A stretch of 26,194 nt of DNA, from the NCBI GenBank assembly GCA_963610855.1, contig CAVDPO010000154.1, positions 8,750 to 34,943 of the forward strand. The letters run 5' to 3'. This document shows, one piece after another, positions 17,106 through 26,194 of this stretch. How positions within the stretch are numbered: position 1 is the stretch's first letter; the number at the start of each line of letters is the position of its first letter. The stretch comes from Segatella copri (GTDB lineage Bacteria > Spirochaetota > Spirochaetia > Sphaerochaetales > Sphaerochaetaceae). Both the position numbers and the translations under genes were made by a program. Under the pieces are notes generated by a model. That model had not been told where the DNA came from and searched no databases. It saw only the letters and a list, made by a program, of their open reading frames with translations.

Positions 17106-18370
17106 TGAGCTATGAGTTCTATGCTCTTACCTGAAGCATCAAAGAAAGTAGGATTTCCCTTTTTAAGGATACAAGAACTATCTACAACAATTTTTGTAAT
17201 ATCTTTATAAGAAGGGACATCATACATTAGGCTCATCATTGTATCTTCTACAATACTTCTAAGTCCTCTAGCTCCTGTCTTTTGGTCGTATGCTGTTTGA
17301 GCTATTTGATGTATTGCATCTTGTGTAAATTCAAGCTCAACTCCATCAAGCTTCATAGTAGCAACATATTGGCCAAGTATTGAGTTTTTTGGCTCTGTAA
17401 GTATTCTTTCAAGATCTTCAACTCTTAAGTTATTTAGTGCAACATGAACTGGAAGTCGTCCAATAAACTCTGGAATAAGTCCAAACTTTATTAAGTCGTC
17501 AGGAAGAACATTCTCATAAAGAACTTCTAAGTCTTTTTCTCTTGTATCTACAATGTTCTTTCCAAAACCCATTGAGGAAGAGTACATTCTTTTTTCTATG
17601 ATTTTATCTAATCCAACAAAAGCGCCACCGCAAATGAATAAGATATTTTTTGTGTCTATCTTTATCATCTCTTGATTAGGATGCTTTCTTCCTCCTTGAG
17701 GAGGAACACTTGCAACAGTTCCTTCAATGATTTTCAAAAGAGCCTGTTGTACACCCTCACCAGATACATCTCTTGTTATTGAAACGTTCTCGCCTTTTTT
17801 CGCAATCTTATCTACTTCATCAAGAAAAATAATCCCGTGCTCTGCTCTAGACACATCGTCATCGGCTGCCTGAATAAGTTTAAGAAGAATGTTCTCAACA
17901 TCTTCACCAACATAGCCAGCCTCTGTAATTGTGGTGGCATCTGCAATTGCAAATGGAACACTTAATTTTCGAGCAAGTGTTCTTGCAAGAAGAGTTTTTC
18001 CAGTACCAGTTGGACCCATTATGAGAATGTTGGATTTATCCAATTCTACATTATTTTCTTTTTCAACCTTATCTTGGAATTTAATTCTCTTGTAATGGTT
18101 GTAAACAGCAACACTTAATACTTTTTTTGCTTTATCTTGGCCAATTACATATTTATCGAGGTATTCTTTAAGCTCATGAGGAGTTGGAAGAACTTCTGGA
18201 AGGTCAGAATTCTCTTCATTTTCACTTGGTATATCATAATCGCCCATTAATATATCATTACATCTATCAATGCAACTTTCGCATATATTTATCCCATTTG
18301 GGCCTTGAATCATTTTTCTATTTGAGCTTCCACAAAAGGAGCAATATTTGGTGTTCTTTCCAAATGCCAT
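17102..18370 (-). CDS. clpX: ATP-dependent Clp protease ATP-binding subunit ClpX
   Basis: C4 zinc-binding domain (CSFC..ICESC), [39 protein letters not shown] and TGARGLRSI. Confidence 0.98.
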   Translation of the reverse strand: MAFGKNTKYCSFCGSSNRKMIQGPNGINICESCIDRCNDILMGDYDIPSENEENSDLPEVLPTPHELKEYLDKYVIGQDKAKKVLSVAVYNHYKRIKFQDKVEKENNVELDKSNILIMGPTGTGKTLLARTLARKLSVPFAIADATTITEAGYVGEDVENILLKLIQAADDDVSRAEHGIIFLDEVDKIAKKGENVSITRDVSGEGVQQALLKIIEGTVASVPPQGGRKHPNQEMIKIDTKNILFICGGAFVGLDKIIEKRMYSSSMGFGKNIVDTREKDLEVLYENVLPDDLIKFGLIPEFIGRLPVHVALNNLRVEDLERILTEPKNSILGQYVATMKLDGVELEFTQDAIHQIAQTAYDQKTGARGLRSIVEDTMMSLMYDVPSYKDITKIVVDSSCILKKGNPTFFDASGKSIELIAQ

Positions 18371-18395
18371 CTTAAATTGCCCTCTCTTTTTTTAA

Positions 18396-18992
18396 TCAAT
18401 TTCTAACAAGAACAGTATCAACAATTCCATATTCAACAGCTTCACTGGCTGTCATAAAGAAATCTCTTTCAATATCCGCTGCAACTCTTTCTTCACTTTG
18501 CTTTGTATGTTTTACAAGGTAATCAATAGAAAGCTTCTTTAGCCTAAGTATTTCTTTTGCATGGATGGCAATGTCAGACGATTGTCCCTGCACTCCACCC
18601 CAAGGCTGATGAATCATTACTCTAGATGATGGGAGTATAAACCTCTTTTCGTTTGCACCTCCAGCCAAAATTAATGCAGCCATTGATGCAGCTTGCCCCA
18701 TACAAATAGTTGAGACATCGGCCCTAAGATATTGCATAGTATCATAAATAGCTAAGCCAGCTGTGACACTTCCCCCAGGAGAGTTTATATAAAGGTTTAT
18801 ATCTTTTTTTGGGTCTTCTGACTCAAGGAAAAGAAGTTGGGCCACGACAAGATCTGCTTTTGCATCGTCTATTTCCCCATCAAGAAAAATAATTCTTTCT
18901 TTAAGGAGTCTACTATATATGTCATATGCTCTCTCGTTTTGCCCATTGCTTTCAACGACAGTTGGCACTAAATATGATGCAACATCTCTCAT
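18396..18992 (-). CDS. clpP: ATP-dependent Clp protease proteolytic subunit
   Basis: [22 protein letters not shown], catalytic Ser in AASM, His in MIHQP and Asp in ERDFFM. Confidence 0.98.
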   Translation of the reverse strand: MRDVASYLVPTVVESNGQNERAYDIYSRLLKERIIFLDGEIDDAKADLVVAQLLFLESEDPKKDINLYINSPGGSVTAGLAIYDTMQYLRADVSTICMGQAASMAALILAGGANEKRFILPSSRVMIHQPWGGVQGQSSDIAIHAKEILRLKKLSIDYLVKHTKQSEERVAADIERDFFMTASEAVEYGIVDTVLVRN

Positions 18993-19016
18993 GGCCTCTT
19001 CCTCTCTAAAACTTCT

Positions 19017-20405
19017 TTAGTTTTCAGCGTTCTTAGCCTTTTTCTTTGTTGTTTTTGCAGGCGCTTCTGATTTCTCAGCATCACTTGCCTTGTCAGAATT
19101 CTTCTTTTCGACAGCCTTAAAAGTATTGTTCTCAAGTATGTAATTTCTTGCTTTGACAAACTTTATATCGTCTTCTGCATACATCTTAAATGCATCATAG
19201 TTAGGATTATCCTTTGTCATATCAGAAGCATACTTTTTGAGCTCTGTCTCAAGTTCTTCGTCTGTTACAGTAAAGTTCTGCTCTTCTTTAACTTGTTCAA
19301 TGATGAGCTGAGCTTTAATATCGTGCTCTGTATGAGTGCGTCTTGCATCCATGAACTCTTGCTTGCCCCCACCATTAGCTTTCATGAACTTTTCAACATC
19401 TTCTTCACTCATGCCAAATCTTTGGACAAGATTTTTCCAATCTTGCTCAAGCTGTGCCTCAATCATGCTCTTTGGAACAACAATTGTAGTCTTTTCAAGA
19501 AGAGCCTCTAAGGCTGCTTCCATTTTTCTAGCATTATTTTCTTCTTCAGCACTTGCTTCTAAGTTCTTTCTTGTTGCATCTTTGAGGTCTTTGACTGTCT
19601 TGTACTCTTCTTTGACATCTTGTGCAAACTCATCATCAAGTTCTGGGAGCTCTCTAACTTTGACTTCTTTAATGACAACTTTGACTTTAATACTCTTGCC
19701 AAGATAATCAGTTCCCATTCCACTGTCATCACCATAAGTCTTTTCAATGACTTTTTCGTCTCCTTTTGAAAGGCCTATGACGTCATTATCGAGCTTATAG
19801 AAATTGTATGAGCTACCTACTGTGAAAGTAAAATCATCCCTTTTGGTATTTGCTAGCTCGCTACCATTAGCATCAAGCTCTACATAATCCATTGTTACGA
19901 TGTCACCGTCTGCAATTTTGCCAGACTTAGCAATAACCATGGCATTCTGCTGTCTAAGTTTTTCAATTTCATCATCAACCTGCTTGTCTGTGATTTTGAC
20001 TTCCTCATACTCAAATTTAAGACCTTTGTATTCAGGAAGTTTTACTTCTGGAAGTACATCATAGATAACGCTATACGTGATATCTGTGTTAGCTTTGAAT
20101 GGTAAAAGAGTTTCTTCATTCTGGAGAACAGGTGTACTATAAGGAAGTGGACGATCTTTTGCATCCATGTCTTTGTAGGAATCCTTGAGATTTTCTTCCA
20201 TGAGTCTAAAAGTTATCTCCTCGCGGATTGCATCTCCATACTTGCTTTCAATGAGTGATACAGGAGCTTTTCCTGGTCTAAAGCCTTTCATTGTAAGCTT
20301 TTTTGCATAATCCTTTATGGACTTTGCGTACTCTTCTTCAATCCTCTTAGACTCAAGCGTAAGTGTTAGCTCAACTGAGGAGTTCTCAAGTTTCTTGATT
20401 TCCAT
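19017..20405 (-). CDS. tig: Trigger factor
   Basis: Ribosome-binding loop GFRPGKAP and LPELDDEFA; canonical tig-clpP-clpX order. Start moved to MEIKKL (20405), behind GAGG. Confidence 0.96.
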   Translation of the reverse strand: MEIKKLENSSVELTLTLESKRIEEEYAKSIKDYAKKLTMKGFRPGKAPVSLIESKYGDAIREEITFRLMEENLKDSYKDMDAKDRPLPYSTPVLQNEETLLPFKANTDITYSVIYDVLPEVKLPEYKGLKFEYEEVKITDKQVDDEIEKLRQQNAMVIAKSGKIADGDIVTMDYVELDANGSELANTKRDDFTFTVGSSYNFYKLDNDVIGLSKGDEKVIEKTYGDDSGMGTDYLGKSIKVKVVIKEVKVRELPELDDEFAQDVKEEYKTVKDLKDATRKNLEASAEEENNARKMEAALEALLEKTTIVVPKSMIEAQLEQDWKNLVQRFGMSEEDVEKFMKANGGGKQEFMDARRTHTEHDIKAQLIIEQVKEEQNFTVTDEELETELKKYASDMTKDNPNYDAFKMYAEDDIKFVKARNYILENNTFKAVEKKNSDKASDAEKSEAPAKTTKKKAKNAEN

Positions 20406-20593
20406 TTTATTCCTCTCATAAACTGAAATATAATCAATAATTTGCAACTAAACTGCCAACAAAGTTGTCTTCAAAAAAGTCATAACGATCGTTGCCAAAT
20501 TAATATAAAGAAAAATGCAAAATAATTCTAGCCTTTCCAATAAAAGTACCATATTATATGGCAAACTGAGGGCAACACTAAGAATAACATGCT

Positions 20594-21073
20594 ATGAAAA
20601 ACAACCAAATCAAAACAAACGCAATGAGAATACTGGATAAAAATGGTGTTCAATATACAACGTTGACATACGAAGTTGACCAAGAGCACTTAGATGCTGT
20701 TCATGTAGCAAACTCGTTAGGATTAAATTTAGAGCAAGTTTTCAAGACTATCGTAATGTCAAATCAAGATAATGAGCTTTTTGTTTTTTGCGTGCCAGCT
20801 CTTTTTGACATTAGCCTTAAAAAGGCAAAAGAACTTACTCATTCAAAAAGCCTTGACCTTCTTCATTTGGATTTACTTCAAAAATATACGGGCTATATTA
20901 GAGGTGGTTGCTCTCCTCTTGGTATGATTCACTCGTATCCCACTTTCATAGAAGAACTCGCAACATTGGAAGATTACATTTATGTAAGTGGGGGCCTTAG
21001 AGGTGTTCAAATATGCTTAACGCCTCAAGACCTTTGCCACTGTTGTAATGGCACTTTTGCCTCATTTACTTAA
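20594..21073 (+). CDS. ybaK: Cys-tRNA(Pro) deacylase, YbaK/EbsC family
   Basis: KTNAMRILD, QVFKTIV, TGYIRGGCSPLG and VSGGLRG. Confidence 0.92.
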   Translation: MKNNQIKTNAMRILDKNGVQYTTLTYEVDQEHLDAVHVANSLGLNLEQVFKTIVMSNQDNELFVFCVPALFDISLKKAKELTHSKSLDLLHLDLLQKYTGYIRGGCSPLGMIHSYPTFIEELATLEDYIYVSGGLRGVQICLTPQDLCHCCNGTFASFT

Positions 21074-21207
21074 GCGCCTCATGCGTCTACTTTTGCGCAT
21101 GTGAGCCCACACAATCACACATGCGCCCACCTACTTCCACATAAACCTACACAAGAAGCCATAAACCAGTGGAAAAAAGAAGTTCAAGCCGTTAAGATAA
21201 CAACATC

Positions 21208-23934
21208 ATGAGCTATTTACATGCAAATATAGAACAAACAAATAAAATCACATTTTTTTGGAATAGGAAGGACAACTTACAAAATAGTGATATATGGGTT
21301 TGGTGGAAAGGAAAAGCCGGCAAAGGTTATGAATTACACCCTTGTGAATATGGCGCACAATGTACGATTAATGTCCCCAAAAACATAGATTGCGTTGGTT
21401 TTATCGTGAGAACTAACTGCTCAGACCCTTGTGGAACAAAATGGGGAACAGCACACAAAGATTGGGACCAAGATAGAAAAACCTTAATTGATGCCTCAAA
21501 TGTTAAAATTTACCTAAGAAGCGGAGACGGCAATCAGTACCATAGCCTAGACAATGGGAAAACACTAGAACCTATAAAAACATTCTCTTTTGCAGAGATA
21601 ATAGACCGCAATAAAATTCGTTTTCATGTTTCACCTTGTCCAAGTGCAGATTTTTTTGACATAAATGACCCTGACAGTATAAAAGTTCAAAACAGTGCAA
21701 AAACCACAGTTAGGACAAACAACCAAGACAGTACAAACAGCTCTAATGAAAACAACAAAAAAGTTAAAGTCATAGATAGCAATGGTAATGCACTTGAAAT
21801 AAAAACCTTATACCTTGAAAGTTCAAATGGCGCAGCAAACGTTGCAAACATAGCAAGCAGACAAAACTCTTCTTTTTCAAGTTTTCCCTCTGTAAATACT
21901 TCAGCAAATTCTTCAACTGGGATAATAGAGCTAAAAGACAATTTAGACATTTCTCAATATTACACTGTTGAGCTTGATAGCTATGGCAAAAAAGGAGTAG
22001 TTCCCACACAAGTCTTTGATAGCCCTTGGTTTATTGAAAATTATACTTATAATGGCAATGACTTAGGCTCAAAAGTCCAAGAAAATGGAGCAACAGTTTT
22101 CAAAATTTGGGCACCTACAGCACAAAAAGTTGAGCTCAATTTGTTTGAAAATAGCCATGATAGTGTCCCGTTTAAGACACAGGCGCTAGAAAAATCTCAA
22201 AAAGGTGTTTGGCAAGCTACTGTAAACTGTGCTTCTAGAACTTATTACACGTATTCAATTACAACAGCACTTGGCAAAAAAGAAACAGCAGACCCTTATG
22301 CAGTAGCCGCCGGTGTCAATGGAAACCATTCCATGGTAATTGACATGAAAGAAACAAATCCTAGCGGTTTTGAACAAGACACTTATAAGAAGGACATTTC
22401 TTCCTATTCTAACGCTGTAGTATGGGAAATTCATGTTAGAGACTTCTCAAATAAGAACCCACTGTCCAAATATCCAGGAAAGTATTTAGCATTTACAGAA
22501 GAAAACCAAAAAATTCAAATTGGCGAAAACGAAATACCTGTAGGCCTTGAACATATAAAAAACTTGGGAATAACGCATGTTCAGTTAAACCCAGTATTTG
22601 ATTTTGCAACAGTAGATGAAAGTAGAGACCTACCACAATTTAATTGGGGTTACGACCCACAAAATTTCAACGTTCCAGAAGGCAGCTTTTCTACAGACCC
22701 TTATCATGGAGAAGTAAGGATTAACGAGTTCAAGAGAATGGTAAAAACCCTTCATGACAATAATATTGGTGTTATCATGGATGTTGTTTACAACCACACT
22801 TACGATACAAACTCAAGTTTTAACAAGACAGTTCCATACTATTACTACCGATATAACTCAAATGGAGAAAACTCCAACGGAAGTGGTTGCGGAAACGAAA
22901 CAGCTTCCCAAAGATACATGGTTCGCAAATTTATTATAGACAGCATACGCTTTTGGGCTACTGAATACCACATTGATGGTTTTAGATTTGATCTCATGGC
23001 AATCCACGACATAGATACAATGCAAGAAGTAGAAAAAACATTGCACGAGATAAATCCACATGCTCTTTTATATGGTGAAGGCTGGGCGGGTGGCTCGTGC
23101 GCACTAGATTCAAGCCTTCTTGCAACACAAAACAATATATCCCGCATACAAGCAAGCCCCAAAGCTATTGGCGCTGTAGCTGTATTTAATGATGTAATTA
23201 GAGACGGCCTCAAAGGCAATGTTTTTGAAGTTCAATCACGCGGATACATCAACAACGGAGCCAATTACGAAAATGCAAACAAAGTATGCTTTGGCCTTAA
23301 AGGAGGCGTTGGAACCCACAAAATTCATTGGAAAGTTGACAATGCAATGGTTGTAAACTACTTAAGTAGCCACGACAACAACACATTATGGGACAAATTA
23401 AAACTCTCAAATATCAACTCAACGAAACACGAACTCTTGCAAATGAATAAGCTAGGAGCTACATGCGTGCTAATTTCCAAAGGAATATCCTTTATGTTAG
23501 CCGGAGAAGAAATGCTCAGGAGCAAAAACGGCGACGGCAATAGCTACAATTCAAGTGATGAAATCAATAACTTAGATTGGAAAACCTTTGTACAAGATAA
23601 AGACAGCCAAGACATGATAATGTGGTATAAAAATCTAATTGAAATGCGAATGGAAAATTCATTTATAAGAAATTGCTACGCCTCATGTAACATAATTGAA
23701 TGCAACATGATAGAAGTCTTTTACCACAAAGAAAATAGCTTACAAGGCTATGCAATAATTAACCCCAATGATTATGCCTTACGCCACACACTTCCACATG
23801 GCAAATGGAAACCTCTTCTTATTGGAGACAAATTTTTCAAGACCAAGAGCCTTGTAGGAAGCAACCTATCATGCATAGAAGGAATGATAGAAGTTCCAGC
23901 AAAAGCTGTTATTCTTGTCTCTTTTGCTGTATAA
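21208..23934 (+). CDS. pulA: Type I pullulanase (GH13) with a CBM41-like N-terminus and CBM48
   Basis: FNWGYDP, MDVVYNH, DGFRFDLM (nucleophile), YGEGW (acid/base) and SHDN; FKIWAPTA CBM48; IWVW..VGFIVR..KD CBM41-like; no signal peptide. Confidence 0.92.
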   Translation: MSYLHANIEQTNKITFFWNRKDNLQNSDIWVWWKGKAGKGYELHPCEYGAQCTINVPKNIDCVGFIVRTNCSDPCGTKWGTAHKDWDQDRKTLIDASNVKIYLRSGDGNQYHSLDNGKTLEPIKTFSFAEIIDRNKIRFHVSPCPSADFFDINDPDSIKVQNSAKTTVRTNNQDSTNSSNENNKKVKVIDSNGNALEIKTLYLESSNGAANVANIASRQNSSFSSFPSVNTSANSSTGIIELKDNLDISQYYTVELDSYGKKGVVPTQVFDSPWFIENYTYNGNDLGSKVQENGATVFKIWAPTAQKVELNLFENSHDSVPFKTQALEKSQKGVWQATVNCASRTYYTYSITTALGKKETADPYAVAAGVNGNHSMVIDMKETNPSGFEQDTYKKDISSYSNAVVWEIHVRDFSNKNPLSKYPGKYLAFTEENQKIQIGENEIPVGLEHIKNLGITHVQLNPVFDFATVDESRDLPQFNWGYDPQNFNVPEGSFSTDPYHGEVRINEFKRMVKTLHDNNIGVIMDVVYNHTYDTNSSFNKTVPYYYYRYNSNGENSNGSGCGNETASQRYMVRKFIIDSIRFWATEYHIDGFRFDLMAIHDIDTMQEVEKTLHEINPHALLYGEGWAGGSCALDSSLLATQNNISRIQASPKAIGAVAVFNDVIRDGLKGNVFEVQSRGYINNGANYENANKVCFGLKGGVGTHKIHWKVDNAMVVNYLSSHDNNTLWDKLKLSNINSTKHELLQMNKLGATCVLISKGISFMLAGEEMLRSKNGDGNSYNSSDEINNLDWKTFVQDKDSQDMIMWYKNLIEMRMENSFIRNCYASCNIIECNMIEVFYHKENSLQGYAIINPNDYALRHTLPHGKWKPLLIGDKFFKTKSLVGSNLSCIEGMIEVPAKAVILVSFAV

Positions 23935-23978
23935 TTTAAGCAATGAGGTTTTTGTAAAAATATTAAAGAGGTACTAAA

Positions 23979-24701
23979 ATGAAAAGAAGAATTATTGAAA
24001 TCAATCAAGATAAATGCAACGGATGTGGCGCTTGTGCTGCAGCATGCCATGAAGGTGCAATTGCAATGGTAAACGGCAAAGCAAAACTCATGAGAGATGA
24101 CTATTGTGATGGCTTAGGAGACTGTTTGCCGGCATGCCCCACACAAGCTATTTCTTTTATTGATAGAGAAGCTCTAGCTTATGACGAGAAAGCAGTTTTA
24201 GAGAACAAACAAAAGAAAATGCAAGAAAAAATGCAAAAAGAAGGTAACACTCTTCCTTGCGGATGCCCCGGAACACAATCTAAAGAAATCAAACATGAAG
24301 AATGTAATTGCCACGAAGAGTGCCATACAGAACAAGTGAGCCGTCTTATGCAGTGGCCAGTACAAATAAAACTTGTTCCAGTAAATGCTCCTTATTTTGA
24401 TGGTGCAAAACTGCTTATTGCTGCTGACTGTACTGCTTATGCTTATGCAGCATTCCATGAAAAATTCATCAAAGGACATATCACACTTGTAGGATGTCCA
24501 AAACTTGATAGTGTAGATTACTCAGAAAAACTAACAAGCATTATTAGCCTCAATGACATAAAGAGCGTAACTATCGTGCGCATGGAAGTTCCCTGTTGTG
24601 GAGGCTTAGAACTTGCAACAAAGACAGCTTTGCAAAAAAGCGGCAAGTTTATTCCTTGGCAAGTCGTTACAATCTCAACAGATGGCAAAATTTTAGACTA
24701 A
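23979..24701 (+). CDS. 4Fe-4S ferredoxin-domain iron-sulfur protein
   Basis: CNGCGACAAACH and CDGLGDCLPACP, plus CGCPG, QWPVQ, ADC, GCPKLD and MEVPCCGG; GAGG RBS. Confidence 0.88.
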   Translation: MKRRIIEINQDKCNGCGACAAACHEGAIAMVNGKAKLMRDDYCDGLGDCLPACPTQAISFIDREALAYDEKAVLENKQKKMQEKMQKEGNTLPCGCPGTQSKEIKHEECNCHEECHTEQVSRLMQWPVQIKLVPVNAPYFDGAKLLIAADCTAYAYAAFHEKFIKGHITLVGCPKLDSVDYSEKLTSIISLNDIKSVTIVRMEVPCCGGLELATKTALQKSGKFIPWQVVTISTDGKILD

Positions 24702-24749
24702 TTTTAGGGATTTCGCAAAACCTAAAAATGTAAAAATATACGAAGTTTT

Positions 24750-24801
24750 TTTGTATTTTTATGCAAAACTAATTGACTGTAAATCTTAAAATCAATATTG
24801 T
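24750..24801 (+). promoter_or_regulatory. ARG-box-like operator next to a putative sigma70 promoter
   Basis: TGTATTTTTATGCA (24752-24765) fits TGNATWWWWATNCA; TTGACT (24773-24778)-17 nt-TATTGT (24796-24801). Confidence 0.5.
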
Positions 24802-24896
24802 ACTCAAAGCAAAGAAACTACCTTTAAGAATTCCTTAAAGGTGGATCTTTAATTCTACGCAGAGGCTCTCAAAAACCTCTTTATGAAGGATTTAAT

Positions 24897-25661
24897 ATGA
24901 AAAAAACACTATCTATTATCTTAATTTTGGCTTTTTTCGTAACTTTTTCCTGTTTTGCACAAGGAAATAAGGAAAATTCATCAGTCGTAAATAAAGAATA
25001 TGTCGTTGCCGCATCTTGTGATTATCCGCCTCTTGAGTACATAGACGACAATGGAAATATAGTTGGCTATGAAATGGAATTAATAAGAGAAATTGCTAGT
25101 GAGATGGGAATAAAAATAAAAATCGTAAATGTTTCATTTGATGGAATTATTGCAGGGATACAAGGAAAGCAGTATGACATAGGAGCATCGGGCTTAACAA
25201 TTACAGAAGAAAGAAAAACCACGTGCGATTTTTCTACCCCAATTCTCCAATTTTCCCTGTCAATTGTCACAAATAAAGATGAAAATCAAATTAAGAATGA
25301 AGATGATCTTGTTGGAAAACGAGTTGGCGTTCAGCTTGGAACAACTTGCCAATTTGCATGCGAAGATGCTGGCATAGATGTCAAAACTTATGACGAGGCA
25401 CCGTCTGCAATACTAGATCTTGCCAATGGAAATCTTGATGCAGTTGTTTTGGACAGCGTTGTTGCAAATGATTTTGTACTTTCCAATGACAGCTACTCAA
25501 AAGTTCTCAAAGTCGCAGGCTCTTTCCAAAATGCCGATGACATGGGTCTTGCCGTCATAAAAGGAAATTCCGCCCTACTTGGCATATTGAACGATGGAAT
25601 AACAAAGCTGGAGAAATCTGGCAAACTTGCAGAGCTCAAAGAAAAATATGGCTTAAACTAA
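24897..25661 (+). CDS. Polar/basic amino-acid ABC transporter substrate-binding protein (family 3)
   Basis: DYPPLEY, FDGIIAGI, ITEERK..DFS, RVGVQLGTT and LANGNLDAVVLD; signal peptide ending CFAQGNKE. Confidence 0.93.
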   Translation: MKKTLSIILILAFFVTFSCFAQGNKENSSVVNKEYVVAASCDYPPLEYIDDNGNIVGYEMELIREIASEMGIKIKIVNVSFDGIIAGIQGKQYDIGASGLTITEERKTTCDFSTPILQFSLSIVTNKDENQIKNEDDLVGKRVGVQLGTTCQFACEDAGIDVKTYDEAPSAILDLANGNLDAVVLDSVVANDFVLSNDSYSKVLKVAGSFQNADDMGLAVIKGNSALLGILNDGITKLEKSGKLAELKEKYGLN

Positions 25662-25723
25662 ACTTCACGTTCAAAAGTTTAACTTAGAAGTTCATAACAA
25701 ATGTTCGACTAAAGGTTCTCACA

Positions 25724-26194
25724 ATGGATAAAGACACTTCAAAAACAACAAAACCTCCTCAAACCGCCCTCCCTAAAGAGGAGGGCCAAGCTATAGAGGT
25801 TATAAAAATACGAAAATCTGTTGTTTCTACACCATTTCATTCAAATAAAAAAGACACTACAGTCATAACAATGACAGATGGCGTTCTCATCCCAAAGAAA
25901 AGCAATAAACACTTAGTAACATCTTGGCGCCTAACATTTTTTGGCTCAGTTTCCTTACTGGTTCTTCTTTGTTTTTACAAACCAAATACCTACTGGAAAA
26001 TCTTTAAGTATACAATTACCGGAGTTCCAACCACATTTGAATGCACAATATTTGCAATCATGGGAGCTATTGTAATAGGAACACTCACAGGAGTTGGGTC
26101 CTCGTCAAAAAACATAATAATTAAACAAATATGTGGGATTTATGTAGAACTAATCCGTGGCATACCTCTTTTAGTACAATTAATGTTCTTGTAC
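25724..26194 (+). CDS. Polar amino-acid ABC transporter permease, 5' part only; runs off the window edge
   Basis: Not in the ORF track. Open frame from ATG 25724 (alternative ATG 25871) to the edge, ending ...YVELIRGIPLLVQLMFLY, the HisM/GlnP-family RGxPLLVQL motif. Confidence 0.9.
   Translation, partial: MDKDTSKTTKPPQTALPKEEGQAIEVIKIRKSVVSTPFHSNKKDTTVITMTDGVLIPKKSNKHLVTSWRLTFFGSVSLLVLLCFYKPNTYWKIFKYTITGVPTTFECTIFAIMGAIVIGTLTGVGSSSKNIIIKQICGIYVELIRGIPLLVQLMFLY

Noticed and set aside
1191..25270. Remaining short antisense or alternate-frame ORFs overlapping the called genes
   Set aside because: Shadow ORFs of well-supported genes, with no motifs or independent translation signals.
1..26194. 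tRNA, rRNA, prophage, integrase or transposase
   Set aside because: No cloverleaf or rRNA signatures and no mobile-element proteins were seen by eye; tRNAscan-SE and Rfam scans would be needed to exclude them formally.

Overview
AT-rich bacterial chromosomal window, most likely from a spirochaete (Sphaerochaetaceae/Treponema-like). This is inferred from the 'VFANGGKE'/'CFAQGNKE' solute-binding-protein signal ends, the long-form PRPP synthetase and a Borrelia P13-like protein. It is mostly housekeeping: an Opp/Dpp peptide ABC operon (truncated at the left edge), DUF2188 protein, short asparaginase, HAD hydrolase, PLP aminotransferase, prs, lamin-tail lipoprotein, DUF5655 protein, P13-like porin, fba, nth, tatD, tig-clpP-clpX, ybaK, type I pullulanase, a 4Fe-4S protein and a polar amino-acid ABC operon (truncated at the right edge). 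I found no rRNA, tRNA, CRISPR, transposase or defence genes. Four items are not explained by the supplied ORF track. (1) A 59-aa ORF (3841-4020) carries a classical C2H2 zinc finger and lies divergent from the peptide-transport operon. (2) A ~200-nt nested rod-like fold at 11571-11823 is a candidate ncRNA with 6S-like architecture. (3) A short palindrome, AGGTTTTTGYAAAAACCT, recurs about ten times at gene boundaries. (4) Structured leaders precede prs and the P13-like gene. All structural and regulatory calls were made by eye and are unverified.
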